DNA of 64,000 bases. Source: Squalus acanthias. Lineage: Eukaryota. A program made the translations under genes and the position numbers. Below, in pieces: positions 35,136 to 49,799 of the stretch; positions within the stretch are counted from its first letter, which is position 1, and every line of letters begins with the position of its first letter. The notes beneath the pieces were generated by a model. It searched no databases. It saw nothing but the letters and a program-made list of their open reading frames with translations, and was not told the origin of the DNA. The stretch spans positions 5,580,001-5,644,000 of the forward strand of contig CM059432.1 in NCBI GenBank assembly GCA_030390025.1, in the 5' to 3' direction.

Positions 35136-36057
35136 TCTATGTTTTCCCAAAAGGCTTTCAAACAAACTTGAGATTCATTTCTGAAAGATTTATCTCAGGA
35201 ATGATCTCCTTTAAAATATTAACAACTTTTCGACTGTTAAGTGCTCCGTTAAGCAACCTGTGCGATTAGCAGCAGTGATGATTTCTTTGTTTTCCTTTAT
35301 GTCAACAAAGGTTATTTACTGATGAATGGATTTCTTTTTTCTCGGTTGAAAAGTTAAAAAGATTAGTTACAAAATCTTCCTCGTCTGAATTAACCTGGGG
35401 TTTTCTTGTTAATTAAATACTGGGAAACTGTGAACGATGAGCCTTTGAGCATCTTATGAGGTAATTTTTGTTAACTTTTCATGTTTGTTAAAAACTGTAT
35501 AAGTTGGCAGAACACTTGTTTCCTTCTAATGTGCAGCACTTCACATTAGCCCATATTAAATGTATCTGCCATTGTTCTGGCCGCTTACAGATTTCTGTCC
35601 AAAGCATTTTTGGGTTCCCCCAGCTGTCTCCTCAGAATCAGCTGCCTTTTCCACTAAAGCAAAATACTGCGGATGCTGGAAATCTGAAATATAAACAGAA
35701 AATGCTGGAGACGCTCAGCGGGTCAGGCTGTGGAGAGAGAAACAGAGTCAACGTTTCAGGTCGATGACCCTTCGTCAGAACTCTTCCTTCTCCAGTTTGT
35801 TGTGATCTGCAAATCTGATCAATTTGCATCGAGTTTATGAATCAAAGTCACTCTTTGTGAATTAGAGACAGGATTGAACGGAGATAGTGAACACTGGGGC
35901 TCCATACTCAGCATTTCTCACTCCATCCCGCCATAACCTCTCTGAGAAGTTCCCATTGTTTCCCACCCCTCAGCTAATTTCCAACGCCATCTGTCTTTTG
36001 TTTCAATTTGTGAATGTCAATAATCTTTATTTTTTTAAATATTCTATTACAATTATC

Positions 36058-38690
36058 GAATCATAGAATGGTTACAGCACAGAAGAGGCCATTCAGCCCG
36101 TCGAGCCCGTGCCGGCTCTCTGCAAGAGCACTTCAGCTAGTCCCACTCCCCCACCCTTTCCCCGCAGCCCTGCAACTTTTTTTCCTTCAGGTACTTATCC
36201 AATTCCCTTTTGAAAGCCGTAATTGAGTCTGTCTCCACCACCCTCTCAGGCAGCGCATTCCAGATCCTAACCACTCGCTGCGTAAAAAAGTTTTTCCTCA
36301 TGTCGCCTTTGGTTCTTCTGCCAATCACCTTAAATCTGTGTCCTCTGGTTCTCGACCCTTCCGCCAATGGGAACAGTTGCTCTCCATCTACTCTGTCCAG
36401 ACCCCTCATGATTTTGAACACCTCTATCAAATCTCCTCTCAACCTTCTGTGCTCCAAGGAGAACAACCCCAGCTTCTCCAGTCTATCCACGTAACTGAAG
36501 TCCCTCATTCCTGGAACCATTCTTGTAAATCTTTTCTGCACCCTCTCTGAGGCCTTCACATCCTTCCTAGAATTGGACACAATACTCCAGTTGAGGCCGA
36601 ACCAGTGTTTTATAAAGGTTCATCATAACTTCCTTGCTTTTGTACGCTATGCCTCTATTTATGAAGCCCAGGATCTTGTATGCTTTTTTAACCGCTTTCT
36701 CAACCTGCCCTGCCACCTTCAACGGTTTGTGCACATATACCCCCAGGTCTCTCTGTTCATTCACCACCTTTAGATTGTACCCTTTAGTTTATATTGCCTC
36801 TCCTCATTCTTCCTACCAAAATGTGTCACTTCGCACTTTTCTGCGTTAAATTTCATCTGCCACGTGACCGCCTATTCCACCAGCCTGTCTATGTCCTCTT
36901 GAAATCTATCACTATCCTCCTCACTGTTCACTATACTTCCAAGTTTTGTGTCACCTGCAAATTTTGAAATTGTGCCCTGTACACCCAAGTCTAAGTCATT
37001 GATATATATCAAGAAAAGCAGTGGTCCTAGTACTGACCCCTGGGGAACACCACTGTATACCTTCCTCCAGTCCGAAAAACAACCGTTCACCACTACTCTC
37101 TGTTTCCTGTCACTTAGCCAATTCCATATCCATGCTGCCACTGTCCCTTTTATTCCATGGGCTTCAACTTTGCTGGCAAGGCTATTATGTGGCACTTTGT
37201 CGAACGCCTTTTGGAAATCCATGTACACCACATCAACCACATTGCCCTCATCAACCCCCTCTGTTACCTCATCAAAAAACTCAATCAAGTTAGTTAAACA
37301 TGATTTCCCTTTAAGAAATCTGTGCTGGCTTTCCTTAATTAATCCACACTTGTCCAAGTGATTGTTAATTTTGTCCCGGATTATCGTTTCTAAAAGCTTC
37401 CCCACTACCGAGGTTAAACTGACTGGCCTGTAGTTGCTGGGTTTATCCTTACACCCTTTTTTGAACAATGGTGTAACATTTGCAATTCTCCAGTCCTCTG
37501 GCATCACCCCTGTATCCAAGGAGGATTGGAATATTATGGCCAGTACCTCCATGATTTCCTCCTTAACTTCCCTCAGCATCCTAGGATGCATCCCATCTGC
37601 TCCTGGTGACTTATCTACTTTAAGTACAGCCATCCTTTCTAGTATCTCCTCTTTATTAATTTTTATCTCATCCAGTATCTCAACTACCTCCTCTTTCACC
37701 ATGACTTTGGCAGCATCTTCTTCCTTGGTAAAGACAGATGCAAAGTACTCATTTAGTACCTCAGCCATACCCTCTGCCTCCATGCGTAGGTCTCTATTTT
37801 GGTCCCTAATCGGCCCCACCCCTCTTCTTACTACCCGTTTTCTATTTATATGCCGATAGAAGACTTTTGGATTCCCTTTTATGTTAGCTGCCAATCTATT
37901 CTCATACTCTGTCTTTGCCCCTCTTATTTCCTTTTTCACTTCTCCTCTGAACTTTCTATATTCAGCCTGATTCTCAGATGTATTCTCGACCTGACATCTG
38001 TCGTACGCGCCCTTTTTCTGCTTCATCTTACTCTCTATCTCTTTTGTCATCCAGGGAGCTCTGACTTTGGTTGCCCTTCCTTTCCCCCTTGTGGGAATGT
38101 ACTTCAACTGTACCCGAACCATCTCCTCTTTAAAGCAGCCCATTGTTCGATTACAGTTTTGCCTGCCGACCTTTGATTCCAATTTACCCAGGCCAGATCC
38201 ATTCTCATCCCACTGAAATTGGCCTTCCTCCAATTAAGTATTTTTACTCTAGATTGCTCCCTGTCCTTTTCCATAGCTAATCTAAACCTTATGATACTGT
38301 GATCAGTGTTCCCTAAATGTTCCCCGACTGACACTTGCTCCACTTGACCCACCTCATTCCCCAGAACCAGATCCAGCAATGCCTCCTTCCTCATTGGGCC
38401 GGAAACGTACTGATCAAGAAAGTTCTCCCGAACACACTTCAGAAATTCTTCCCCCTCTCTGTCCTTCACACTATTACGATCCCAGTCTATATTAGGACAG
38501 TTGAAGTTCCCCATTATCACTACTCTATAGTTCTGGCAACTCTCTTTAATTTCCCTGCAAATTTGCTCCTCTATATCCTTCCCACTAGTTGGCAGCCGAT
38601 AGAACACACCTAGTAGTGTAATGGCACCTCTATTATTTCTCAACTCTAACCAAATGGATTCTGTAATTGACCCCTCCAGGGCATCCTGTG
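36058..38690 (-). mobile_element. CR1 LINE ORF2 (endonuclease to 3' tail), frameshifted
   Basis: [47 protein letters not shown]. Confidence 0.93.
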
Positions 38691-39069
38691 AACAAATAAT
38701 ATTTAAAAAAAGATCCCACGGCACTATTCGATAGGATAATTGCAAAGCATTGGTAGAAAGAAAAATCTGTATACTGAAATCTGAGTTAAGACAAAAAATG
38801 CTGAGAATAGACAACTGGTCAGGCAGCATCTGTGGAGAGAGAAACAGAGTGATGTTGGTTGAAGGATAAATATTGGCCAGGACACTGGGGGAACTCCCCA
38901 GCTCTTCATCGAAGTGTGCCGTGGAATTTCTTTTTTATTATTCCTTCACGGGATGTGGGCGTCGCTGGCAAGGCCGGCATTTATTGCCCATCCCTACTTG
39001 TCCTTGAGAAGGTGGTGGTGAGCCGCCTTCTTGAACCGCTGCAGTCCTTATTACTGCCTTATTCTGAGA

Positions 39070-39676
39070 AGTAGGCCATTTGGCCCCTCGAGCCTGCTCC
39101 GCCATTCAATAAGATCATGGCTGATCTTCTACCTCATCTCCACTTTCCTGCACTATCCCCATATCCCTTGATTCCCTTAGAGCCCAAGAATCTATCGATC
39201 TCTGTCTTGAATATACTCAACGACTGAGCCTCCACAACCCTCTGGAGTAGAGAATTCCAAAGATTCACCACCCTCTGAGTGAAGAAATTTCCTCCTCATC
39301 TCAGTCCTAAATGGCCGACCCCTTATTCTGAGACTGTGACCCCTGGTTCTAGACTCCCCAGCCAGGGGAAACATCCTCCCTGCATCTACCCTGTCAAGCC
39401 CTGTAAGAATTTTGTATGTTTCAATGAGATCACCTCTCGTTCTTCTAAACTCTAGAGAATATAGGCCTAGTCTACACATTCTCTCCTCATAGGACAATCT
39501 CCCCATCCCAGGAATCAGTCTGGTGAACCTTCGTTGCACTCCCTCTATGGCAAGTATATCCTTCCTTAGGTAAGGAGACCAAAACTGTACACAATACTCC
39601 AGGTGTGGTCTCACCCTATATAATTGCAGTAAGACGTCTTTACTCTTATACTCAAATCCTCTTATAATAAAGGCCA
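39070..39676 (-). mobile_element. CR1 3' fragment; similar at 26990-27510 (+), 42334-42915, 47265-47605, 57230-57725, 62373-62820
   Basis: RPHLEYCVQFWSP..RGDLIE and tail. Confidence 0.88.
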
Positions 39677-39790
39677 ACTCCCTCCGCAGATGCTGAGTAT
39701 TTCCAGATTTATGTTTTATATTTCAGATTTCCAGCATCTGCAGTATTTTGCCTTTGGTATCAGAAAAAGAAAAATGGGTCAACACGTGAC

Positions 39791-40669
39791 CAATGTTCCC
39801 CCCGAGGTGAGCGGCCGCACACCAATCGCGAGTTCCCGCACAGGCCGCTCACCAGCTCCTGCTGCTGGAAGAGATACCGCACATGCGCGGCCAACACGCA
39901 CCAAAAAAAAAATTCTTCTTCTTAGGCAGTCCCTCGGAACCGAGGATGACTTGCTTCCACACTAAAAATGAGTTCTCAGGTGACGGATGAGTCCAATGCG
40001 GGACCTACAGTCTCTGTCACAGGTGGGGCAGACGGTGGTTGAAGGGGTGGGTGGGTGGGGTGCTTGGGTTGACGTGCGCTCCTTCCGCTGTTTGCGCTTG
40101 GCTTCCGCTTGCTCCCGGCGAAGAGACTCGAGATGTTTGGCACCTTCCCGGATGCTTCTCCTCCACTTTGTGCGGTCTTGGGCCAGGGATTTCCAGGTGT
40201 CGGTGGGGATGTTGCACTTTCTCAAGGAGGCTTTGAGGGTGTCCTTGAAGTGCTTCCTCTGCCCACCTGGGGCTCTCTTGCCGTGTCGGAGCTCCGAGTA
40301 GAGCGCTTGTTTTGGGAGTCTCGTAACGGGCATGCGGATGATGCGGCCCGTCCATCGGAGCTGATCGAGCGTGGTCAAAGCTTCGATGCTGGGGATGTTG
40401 GCCTGAGCGAGAACACTGACGTTGGTGCGCCTATCCTGCCAATGGATTTGCAGGATCTTGCAGAGGCAGCGTTGGTGGTACCTCTCCACTGCTTTGAGGT
40501 GCCTGCTGTACATGGTCCATGTCTCTGAGGCATACAGGAGGGCGGGTATCACTACTGCACTGCAGACCATGAGCTTAGTGCCGGGTTTGAGGTCCTGGTC
40601 TTCAAACACTCTCTTCCTCAGGCGACCGAAGGCTGCACTGGCACACTGAAAAAATTAGAGGGAACATTG
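39791..40669. mobile_element. hAT-like MITE containing a nested RTE fragment (about 39913-40648, minus)
   Basis: TIRs CAATGTTCCC/GGGAACATTG; 8-bp flanks CACGTGAC/CATGCGAC; RTE ORF 39962-40609 ends in a C2H2-like motif. Confidence 0.75.
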
Positions 40670-43234
40670 CATGCGACCCTTCATCAGAACAAGGCTGGAG
40701 AAACCCCTTTATGTTTGGCCTGCAGTTCTAATGAAGGGTCACACACAAAACATTAGCCGAGCTTTCTCTTTCAGATAACCTGCTGCGTATTTCAGGATTT
40801 AAAAAAAAATTATAACTATACCCTCGGTTTAATTATTAGGCATTCGGTCCGTCGGTTGTCTGTCAGCAGAATTAATTTGATCAGCTGTTATTTTTATTTA
40901 CAGGGATGTTTTCGAGCTTATTTTGCAGAATGCATTCACTTTAAAATACATCTTACTTAGAGCATTGCTTGCGGCTAATTTGTGACCTTTAGTGGTCTGT
41001 TAGAACCATAATAGAGAAGATCTGATTCCACTAAGGAGATCTCCAGTTAGATCATGTTACTAGATGAATTATTCACATTTTCTCTCTTATCTCTCAAAGG
41101 ATTATTGTCATCTAATTTGGAACCTCTGACTCCCTGTAAACAAAGCAGACATTCCTTCATCTATTGCCCACAATGGCAGCGGCCTGTGAGCCCCCTGCAG
41201 AACAACAACTATTTGCATTTATATAGCGCATTTAATGTAGTAAAACGTCTCAAGGCGCTTCACAGGAGCGATTATCAAACAAAATTTAACACCCAGCCAC
41301 ATAAGGAGATATCAGGGCAGATGGTCAAGGTGGTAGGTTTTAAGGAGCGTCTTAAAGGAGGAAAGAGAGGTAGAGAGGCGGAGGGGTTTAGGGAGGGAAT
41401 TCCAGAGCTTAGGACCTCGGCCGCCAATGGTGGAGCGATTAAAATTGGGGATGCGCAAGAGACCAGAACTGGAGGGCCGCAGATATCTCGGGGGGGTTGT
41501 GGGGCTGAAGAAGGTTACAGAGATAGGGAGGGGCAAGGCTATGGAGGGATTTGAAAACAAGGATGAGAATTTTAAAATCAAGGCGTTGCTTAACCGGGAG
41601 CCAGTGTAGGTCAGCGAGCACAGTGGTGATGGGTGAGCAGGATTTGGTGCGAGTTATGACACGGGCAGCAGAGTTGTGGGTGAGTTTATGGAGGGTGGAA
41701 GATGGGAGGCCGGCCAGGAGTGCGTTGGAATAGTCAAGTCTAGAGGCAACAGAGGCACGGATGAGGATTTCAGCAGCGGATGAGCTGAGGCAGGGGCGGA
41801 GTCGGGCGATGTTACGGAGGTGGAAACATCCCAAGGCTGTTCATCTGTAGCATCTTCTGGTTCTGAGGAAAGGTTCCACACCTAAATAGCGACTGACTTG
41901 TGTTCTCTCCACAGACGCTGCCTGACCTGCAAAGGGTCTGGCGCATTTTCTGCTTTTGCTTCAGATTTACAGCAAATGCAGATTTTGCTTTTTGATTTAT
42001 TCTGATGGGTTAATCATATTGATATTGCAAACCTGCTTGACTTGGCTGTGCTCGGGCTCTGATTTTCAGTGTGTTTACAATATGGGGCAGAGATTACAGC
42101 AATATTGAGGCCTGGATCATGGTCCAGCAGGAATTGTCACTTTTGTTTCTGGACATCGAACCTTCCCAGATGTCACAGGAAGTCGGGCACAATGTTGTCC
42201 TGCTGAGCCTGCCCATGACCAGGGTAAATTAACGCCTGTTTATGTTTCCCACTGGCAGTGTCTTGTCTCCAGTGACATTGGGAAAAATCGCCTCTTGAGC
42301 TGGAATTTTGTGTCGCCAGAGGCACTAGTGTCACATAAGAACATAACCAATAGGAGCAGGAGTCGGCCATTCGGCCCCTCGAGCCTGCTCCGCCATTCAA
42401 TAAGATCATGCCTGATCTTCGACCTCAACTCCACTTTCCCGCCCGATCTCCACATCCCTCGATTCCCCTAGAGTCCAAAAATCTATCGATCTCAGCCTTA
42501 AATATACTCAACGACTCAGCATCTGCAGCCCTCTGGGGAAGAGAATTCCAAATATTCACAACCCTCTGAGTGAAGAAATTCCTCCTCATCTCGGTCTTAA
42601 ATGGCCGACCCCTTATCCTGAGACTATGCCCCCTAGTTCTAGACTCTCCAGCCAGGAGAAACAACCTCTCAGCATCTACCCTGTCAATTCCCCTCATAAT
42701 CTTATATGTTTCAATGAGATCACCTCTCATTCTTCTAAACTCCAGAGCGTATAGGCCCAATTTACTCAATCTCTCTTCGTAGGACAACCCTCTCATCCCA
42801 GGAATCAATCTAGTGAACCTTAGTTGCACTGCCTCCAAGGCAAGTATATCCTTCCTCAGATAAGGAGACCAAAATTGTGCACAGTACTCCAGGTGTGGTC
42901 TCACCAAAGCCCTGTCACCACATTTAGATGACAGTGCTTTGTTCAGTGACAGTGCTGTAATTTAACAGCAGCTTTCCACGATTTCCAAATTGGCATTTTA
43001 CACATAATTTGCTTTACTACTAGCTTTTTTTTAATAGTTTGCACAGATTTAAAATATAGATCAGCCATGATCTAATTGAATGGCGGAACAGTCGAGGGGC
43101 TGAATGGCCTCCTCCTGTTCCTATTTACGTTCATACTTGTGTGTTGTACAAAGGAATGCAAAAATTCCTGAAAGAGTACCACAGTGAAAAATGGACCATT
43201 AGTGAGCAAACACACGAACCAACTTATACACAGT

Positions 43235-44899
43235 GGCCCTGAATTTGCGGTCGGAGACTTCCCGCGGGGAAATGCCTCCGATCTGCAAATAAAATGCTCA
43301 CGTACCTGGTGGTCCGGGAGGTCCGGAGACTTGCGGTCCTGGGCCTCTCCGGGTACCCGCGGGTTGGAGGCCCACATATTCCGGGGGGGGCGCAGGCAGT
43401 TCGCAAGCACCCCTGGGATCACGTGGGCCGGCCCAACCAATAAAAGAAAGGGATCCCCATTCATGCTGATGGAGATTCCGTATGTACAGAAACCCCATAA
43501 GCATGAATGTGAATACCCCCAAAATATACACCTAGACATCAAATACATTTTTAAAAAATTGCGGGGTAGAAATTAGGTCGCGCCCCATTTGGGGCGCAAA
43601 TATCGTCTGGACGCAAATATTAGCGCCTGGCGCTAATTATCGGCACTGACTGGAAACTTCACTTTTACCGCCCCGGGAGGTGAGTGGAGCGCTAATGCAG
43701 GCGCTGCACACCTGTCTTAAGGCGCAAAGGCCAAGGAGTGAGGCGCTAACTCAGGGCGCTGGCGAAGCTCATGTAATGTCAGTCAGCAATGGAACACACA
43801 CACAATGGAACGGGCCAGTTCTTAAAGGGGATGGTTAATCTTGCTTTCCATCCACATCCTGTTCATTGCAGCCTTGAATCTCGGCCTGGAGAGACTTGCA
43901 CATCAAATGTGCTGGAAAGAACAATGGAGAGTACCAGGCAAAGAGCTCAGAGTGCAGCTCCCACAGTCTCTGCTAAATCGATACAAGGAATGGCAAATCA
44001 AAATGAACCTGCAAAGTGCTGCTCAGTACCCAAAACTCCTTCACACAACATTGAATCTCTCCAGAAGTCTCTTCCTCTCTCTCTCAGAATGCGTAGTTCA
44101 AAAATGCCACAACAATAAAAGACAGGAAGAGGCCCCCTTTAAATAGCGCCCCCGCCAGCCCCACAGCGATTGATAGCGTTCCAGTCTTCTGGTCGTTGGA
44201 AGCGCCAGGCGGTAAGGCAGGGGGCGCCACTCAATTTCCGCTCCGGGGCGCCACAAGGGCGTTGCACCATGGAATGACGTCATAATCTGCGCACGCAGGT
44301 GGTCGCAGCGGTAAGTTTTAGCGCCGCCGCACAATCTCTAGTTAAGTTCCCGAGCGGCGCAAACATCGCTGCGCCCGGGCGTTAGCGGCTTTGCGCCCCA
44401 TTAGCGCCCTCTTAAGGCGCTAACGGGAGGCGCAACCAACTGAATTTTTACCCCTACATATTTAAAATGAATTAAAATGCAATTTAATTAACTATTTAAA
44501 ACAAAAATTTAATATTTTGAAAAATAAATGTAAATGTTTTAAAGGGGGTAAAAATAACCTTACCTTATTTCACAGGTTTTTAAATGTATAAATTGATAAA
44601 ATTTATTTTTATGTTTTTTTAAACTCTTACGCTGGTAAAAACAAACCTTATGTCTGCTTTTACCAGGCATAAGAATTTCACAGGCATTCGCTGGGCAGAA
44701 GTTGGGCAAATAGCGCAACTCTCCGCCCGCGGAGGCCCTTTTCCCGGGGTTGCGGATCATCTGTCAAGAAGATTCTTGACAGATCGCAAGTTCCAGGTTT
44801 TCGCGCATGCGCTTCGCGTGCAAAAATCCGGAACTTGCGCGGCCCCTACGGGCGTGTACGCACCTTGTACCCGCCCGTAGGGGCCGCAAATTACAGGTC
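43235..44899. mobile_element. MITE family A (TSD AGT) with nested family C element 43563-44454
   Basis: GGCCCTGAATTTGCGG / CCGCAAATTACAGGTC ends with AGT flanks. Inner element ends GGGGTAGAAATT / AATTTTTACCCC. Confidence 0.8.
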
Positions 44900-45169
44900 A
44901 GTGTGTCAGCTGTGGCTCTGTTGGTGGCACCCTCGCCTCTGAGTCTGAAGGTTGTGGGTTCAAGTCCCACTCCTGAGATTTGTGCTCAAAAAAAAAATCT
45001 AGGCTGACACTCCAGAGTAGTACTGACGGAGCGCTGCATCTGTCGGAGGTGCTGTGTTTTGGATGAGGTGTTAAACTGAGGCCCTGTCTGCTCTCTCAGG
45101 TGGACGTAAAAGATCCCATGGCACTATTTAGAAGAGATGGGGAGTTCTCCCCGGTGTCCTGGCCAATAT

Positions 45170-45995
45170 TTGAACCGCTGCAGTCTGTGTGGTGAAGGTG
45201 CTCCCACAGTGCTGTTAGGGAGGGAGTTCCAGGATTTTGACCCAGTGACGATGAAGGATCAGTGATATACTTCTCAGTCAGGACGGTGTGTGTGACTTGG
45301 AGGGGAACTTGGAGGTGGTGGTGTTCCCATGCGCCTGCTGCCCTTGTCCTTCTAGGTGGTAGAGGTCGCGGGTTTGGGAGGTGCTGCCGAGGAAGCCTTG
45401 GCGAGTTGCTGCAGTGCATCTTGTGGATGGTACACACTGCAGCCACGGTACGCCGGTGGTGGAGGGAGTGAATGTTTAAGGTGGTGGATGGGTGCCAATC
45501 AAGCGGACTGCTTTGTCCTGGATGGTGTCGAGCTTCTTGAGTGTTGTTGGAGCTGCACTCATCCAGGCAAGTGGAGAATATTCCATCACACACCTTACTT
45601 GTGCCTTGTAGATGGTGGAAAGGCTTTGGGGAGTCAGGAGGTGAGACACTCACCGCAGAATACCGAGCCTCTGACCTGCTCTTGTAGCCACAGTATTTAT
45701 GTGGCTGGTCCAGTTAAGTTTCTGGTCAATGGTGATCCCCAGGATGTTGATGGTGGAGGATTCGGCAATGGTAATGCCATTGAATGTCAAGGGGCGGTGG
45801 TTAGACTCTCACTTGTTGGAGATATTCATTGCCTGGCACTTCTGTGGCGCGAATGTTACCTGCCACTTATCAGCCCAAGCCTGAACGTCGTCCAGTTCTT
45901 GTTGCATGCGGGCATGGACTGCTTCATTATCTGAGGAGTTGTGAATGGCGCTGAACACTGTGCAGTCATCAGCGAACATCCCCATTTCTGACTTT
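45170..45995 (-). mobile_element. Family-2 LINE RT/3' fragment inside a DeuSINE
   Basis: SEMGMFADDCTVF..AWADKWQVTF, continuing to the 3' region shared with the SINE tail. Confidence 0.85.
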
Positions 45996-48119
45996 ACCTC
46001 ATTGCTGTTTGTGGGAGCTTGCTGTGCGCAAATTGGCTGCTGTGTTTCCCGCATTACAACAGTGACTGCACTTCATAAAAGTACTTCATTGGCTGTAAAG
46101 CGCTTTGGGACGTCCTGAGGTTGTGAAAGGTGCTATAGAAATGCAAGTCTTTCTTTATTTCTTTATAGCAGTGAGGTCACAGCTCTAATCTGTGAACTAA
46201 CAGCTCTGATCTCTCCATGTACACAACTGTCAGCAGTGCGGCTTCTAGCAGGCTGAACTAATCAAATAAAGTTTTGTCCGGGGATTAAAAGCTATTATGT
46301 TTCTGATTTTTGGGCAGAAGCATGTCATGTCAGTAAATTTGCAATGATGTGATTCCAATAAGATTGAGCAAGTGTGTATAATAAATTAATACCAGTGGAG
46401 CCAGACTGAGTTTCTGCTAAAGTGTTAAAAAGGGGCTTACAAACCTCGCTGGTATCATTGGCAGTCAGAGATGTTTTATTTTGTTGTCTTTGTGCATCAA
46501 GTTTTAATAACCAGTAAAGCACAAAAAAAAACTACCAGGAAGGAAAATTGAACGTGATTAGGTTGACTTTCTAGTTCCTGTCAGGGTACGAGACTCTCTC
46601 CATAAAAACCAGAAACAAAGGGGTCTGAAATCCCTACGTCCCTGCACCACCGGATGGGGGTTGCCATGGGTGACGACCAATGCTCCCGTTAATTTTTTTT
46701 GGGTGCGCGGCCCCTTTAAGGGGCTGCGCGGGCCAATTAGTTTTGCATTGTAAAGCTGGTGAGCTGGCGAGCTGCATGGCCACGCAGCTTAATGAGGACA
46801 TTGTTGACGATCCCAACCCCAAATCCCAGGGACGCGGACTCATTAGCAGGTTCAGAGCAGGTGCATCAGGCCCGCGAGGGCGCGTTAGCGGTACCGCCCC
46901 AATCCAGTGGTAGGGGGAGCAGCACGCAGTCGGCTGAGATCTTTGTGACCTCAGGAATAGGCCTTTAGGTACAGATGATCCCATTCCACAGAATAATTGC
47001 TGCTTTTATGTGGCAAATTGAAGGGGGACCTTCACAAACCCACAATGGTAGCAAATTCACCCATGGGAGCTAAATCTGAAGATGAGAATCACATCTTAAA
47101 GCATATTCAACCAAATCTTCTGTCCGTTGGCAGTGCTGGGTCTAGGATAAAGGTTCACAGTTCTTGCACTGTACTGAACGGCAAGATGCCAATCATTGTT
47201 GTGTTGTACAAATCATGGGCATCATGAGCAAAATGGAGAAAATGAGGCCAGGAGATCGAACACTAGAACATAGGAGCATAGGAACAGGAGTAGGCCATTC
47301 AGCCCCTCGAGCCTGTTCCGTCATACAATGAGATCATGACTGATCCGCGACCTAACTCCACATACCCGCCTTTGGCCCACACCCCTCAATAACTCTGGTT
47401 AACAAAAATCTATCAATCTCAGATTTAAAATTAACAATTGCTCTAGCATCAATTGCCGTTTGCGGAAGAGAGTTCCAAACTTCTACCACCCTTTGTGTGT
47501 AGAAGTGTTTCCTAACTTCACTCCTGAAAGGTCTGGCTCTAATTTTTAGACTATGCCCCCTAGTCCTAGACTCCCCAACCAGCAGAAATAGTTTATCTCA
47601 ATCTAGAACGGAACCCCTGTGGGGATCTGAAGTGTGACGGTTCCTTTACCACAGGTTGTTGCACTTGTTAATTTCCTCTGGGAGTTCACTGGTTAATGTG
47701 TCAAATTCCTTCATGTTCTATCTCAACACAGCTTTAAACCGAAGGAGCTTCACAAATGAGGCCATTTCAAGTCAAGTTATAGGGTAGCCGGCAACAGCGA
47801 GACTCTCTGAGCTAGTACGTGGGCTCCTGCAGTTTGTTTGATTACGTTCAGGGGTCGGAAAGGAATTTCACCAAATTTTTTCGAAATTGACACAGGATTT
47901 TTTTTTCCTTCCTCTTTGGTTTTTTTTGCCTCTCCCAGGAAATTACCTATTGGAGTGACAGGGTCTGGGTAACACCATGTCCGGATAGGGTCTCACACGT
48001 CTGTTGGTTGACAGAGCATCTCACGCTGAGCAGCCATTTCCTGTAGTTGGGGCTGGAGAGAACATAGGAAAGTGGAAAAAAACATTATTTCGTGTTATTT
48101 GGTTTTTATTTAAAACAAT

Positions 48120-48851
48120 GGCCCGGAATGTGAGGTCAGCAGCGAAGCGACGGCGATCGCCGCTGACCTTAAAGAAAGCTGCCCACAAAGATCTTGCGAT
48201 CTCTGTGGCGACAACTTTAGCTTTCTCGACCTTAATTTGATTGTAACGCTATCAAAAGGGGATCCCCAGCGTATATTAGCAGTGATGTCTAAGCAGACAA
48301 TCACATTGAAGAATTCTCACAGACAGCAAACCAGGAAATAAAAAGCACCGATTATCTGCACGTTTTAAATTTGGTTTTACAGAGGGCAAAATAAAGATTG
48401 GGACATACACATGGGGTTAAGGTAGAAGCTGAAATATCATAAACAAACTTTTAATATAATATATATATTATTTTAAAAATCTAGGGGGAAAAATTCAGTT
48501 GGTTGCGCCTCCCGTTAGCGCCTTAAGAGGGCACTAATGGGGCGCAAAGCAACTAGCGCCCGGGCGCAGCAATGTTTGCGCCGCTCGCGAAATTAACTAG
48601 ACATTTTGCGGCGGCGCTAAACACTACCGCCACAGTCTCCTGCGCTGGCAGATCGTGACATCAGTCGAGTGCGCAACGCCCCAGTTGCGCCCCGTAGCGG
48701 ATATTGAGTGGCGCCCCCTGCCTTACCGCCTGCTGCTAGCAACGACAGGTTGAGGGGAGCGTTTTGCAGTCAGGAAGGGACTGGGGGAGCGCTATTTAAA
48801 GACAACCGCTTCCTGCCTTTTATTGTTGGTGACAGTTTTGAACCATGCATT

Positions 48852-48891
<40 letters not shown>

Positions 48892-49784
48892 CTTCTGGAG
48901 AGATTCAACGCTGTGTGAAGGAGTTTTGGGTACTGAGCAGCACTTTGCAGGTTCATTTTGATTTGCCCTTCCTTGTATCGATTTAGAAGAGACTGTGGGG
49001 GTTGCACTCTGAGCTCTTTCCCTGGTTCTCTCCATTGTTCTTTCCAGCAGATTTGATGTACAGGTCTCTCCAGGCCGAGATTCAAGGCTGCAATGAGCAG
49101 GATGTGGATGGAGAGCAAGATCGACCCTCCCCTTTAAGAACTGGCCGGCGCCATTGTGTCTGTGTTCCATTGCTGACTGACATCACATGAGCTTCACCAG
49201 CGCTCTGAGTTAGCGCCTCGCTCCTCGGCCTTTGCGCCTTAAGACAGATGTGTAGCGCCTGATTTAGCGCTCCAATCACCTCCAGGAGCGATAAAAGTCA
49301 AGTTTGCAGTCGGAGGCGATAATTAGCGCCAGGCGCTAATCTTTGCGCCCGGCTGATAATTGCGCCCCAAACGGGCGATACTGAATTTTTCCCCCCCTAG
49401 TATTTTATCATAATTGAGAAATTTGACATTACACAAATATAAAATTAGTTTTTCAGGGCCAGAACGGTTGTTCAGTAGTCAATACGCTGTTAAAACCCCA
49501 GTTACATCTATTCCAACAAAGCTTAACTTTTTATGGGGTGTTTAACAGCGATATTAGTGCAGAAAAGCTTAAGTTTTTGTCTGTTCAACTGATTTCACTG
49601 ATTGCCGGCTCTGGGGAGTTCCACAGCGCAGCCTGTGGCAGAGCAAGGAATGACTGGCTGCAACTTCAGGATTTCCGTGTTTATCTGCGCATGCGCTAAA
49701 TCCTGAAGTTACGGTCAGTTTCAGAGGGGTAATGACGGCGAACGCTGACAGTTTCGCCGTCATTACCACCGCAAAATCTGGACC
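48120..49784. mobile_element. MITE family B (TSD AAT) with nested family C element about 48484-49397
   Basis: AAT on both flanks. Inner TIRs GGGGGAAAAATTCAGT / ACTGAATTTTTCCCCC with CTA/TAG duplication. Inner element is an inverted homolog of 43563-44454. Confidence 0.8.
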
Positions 49785-49799
49785 AATATGTTTTAGGGC

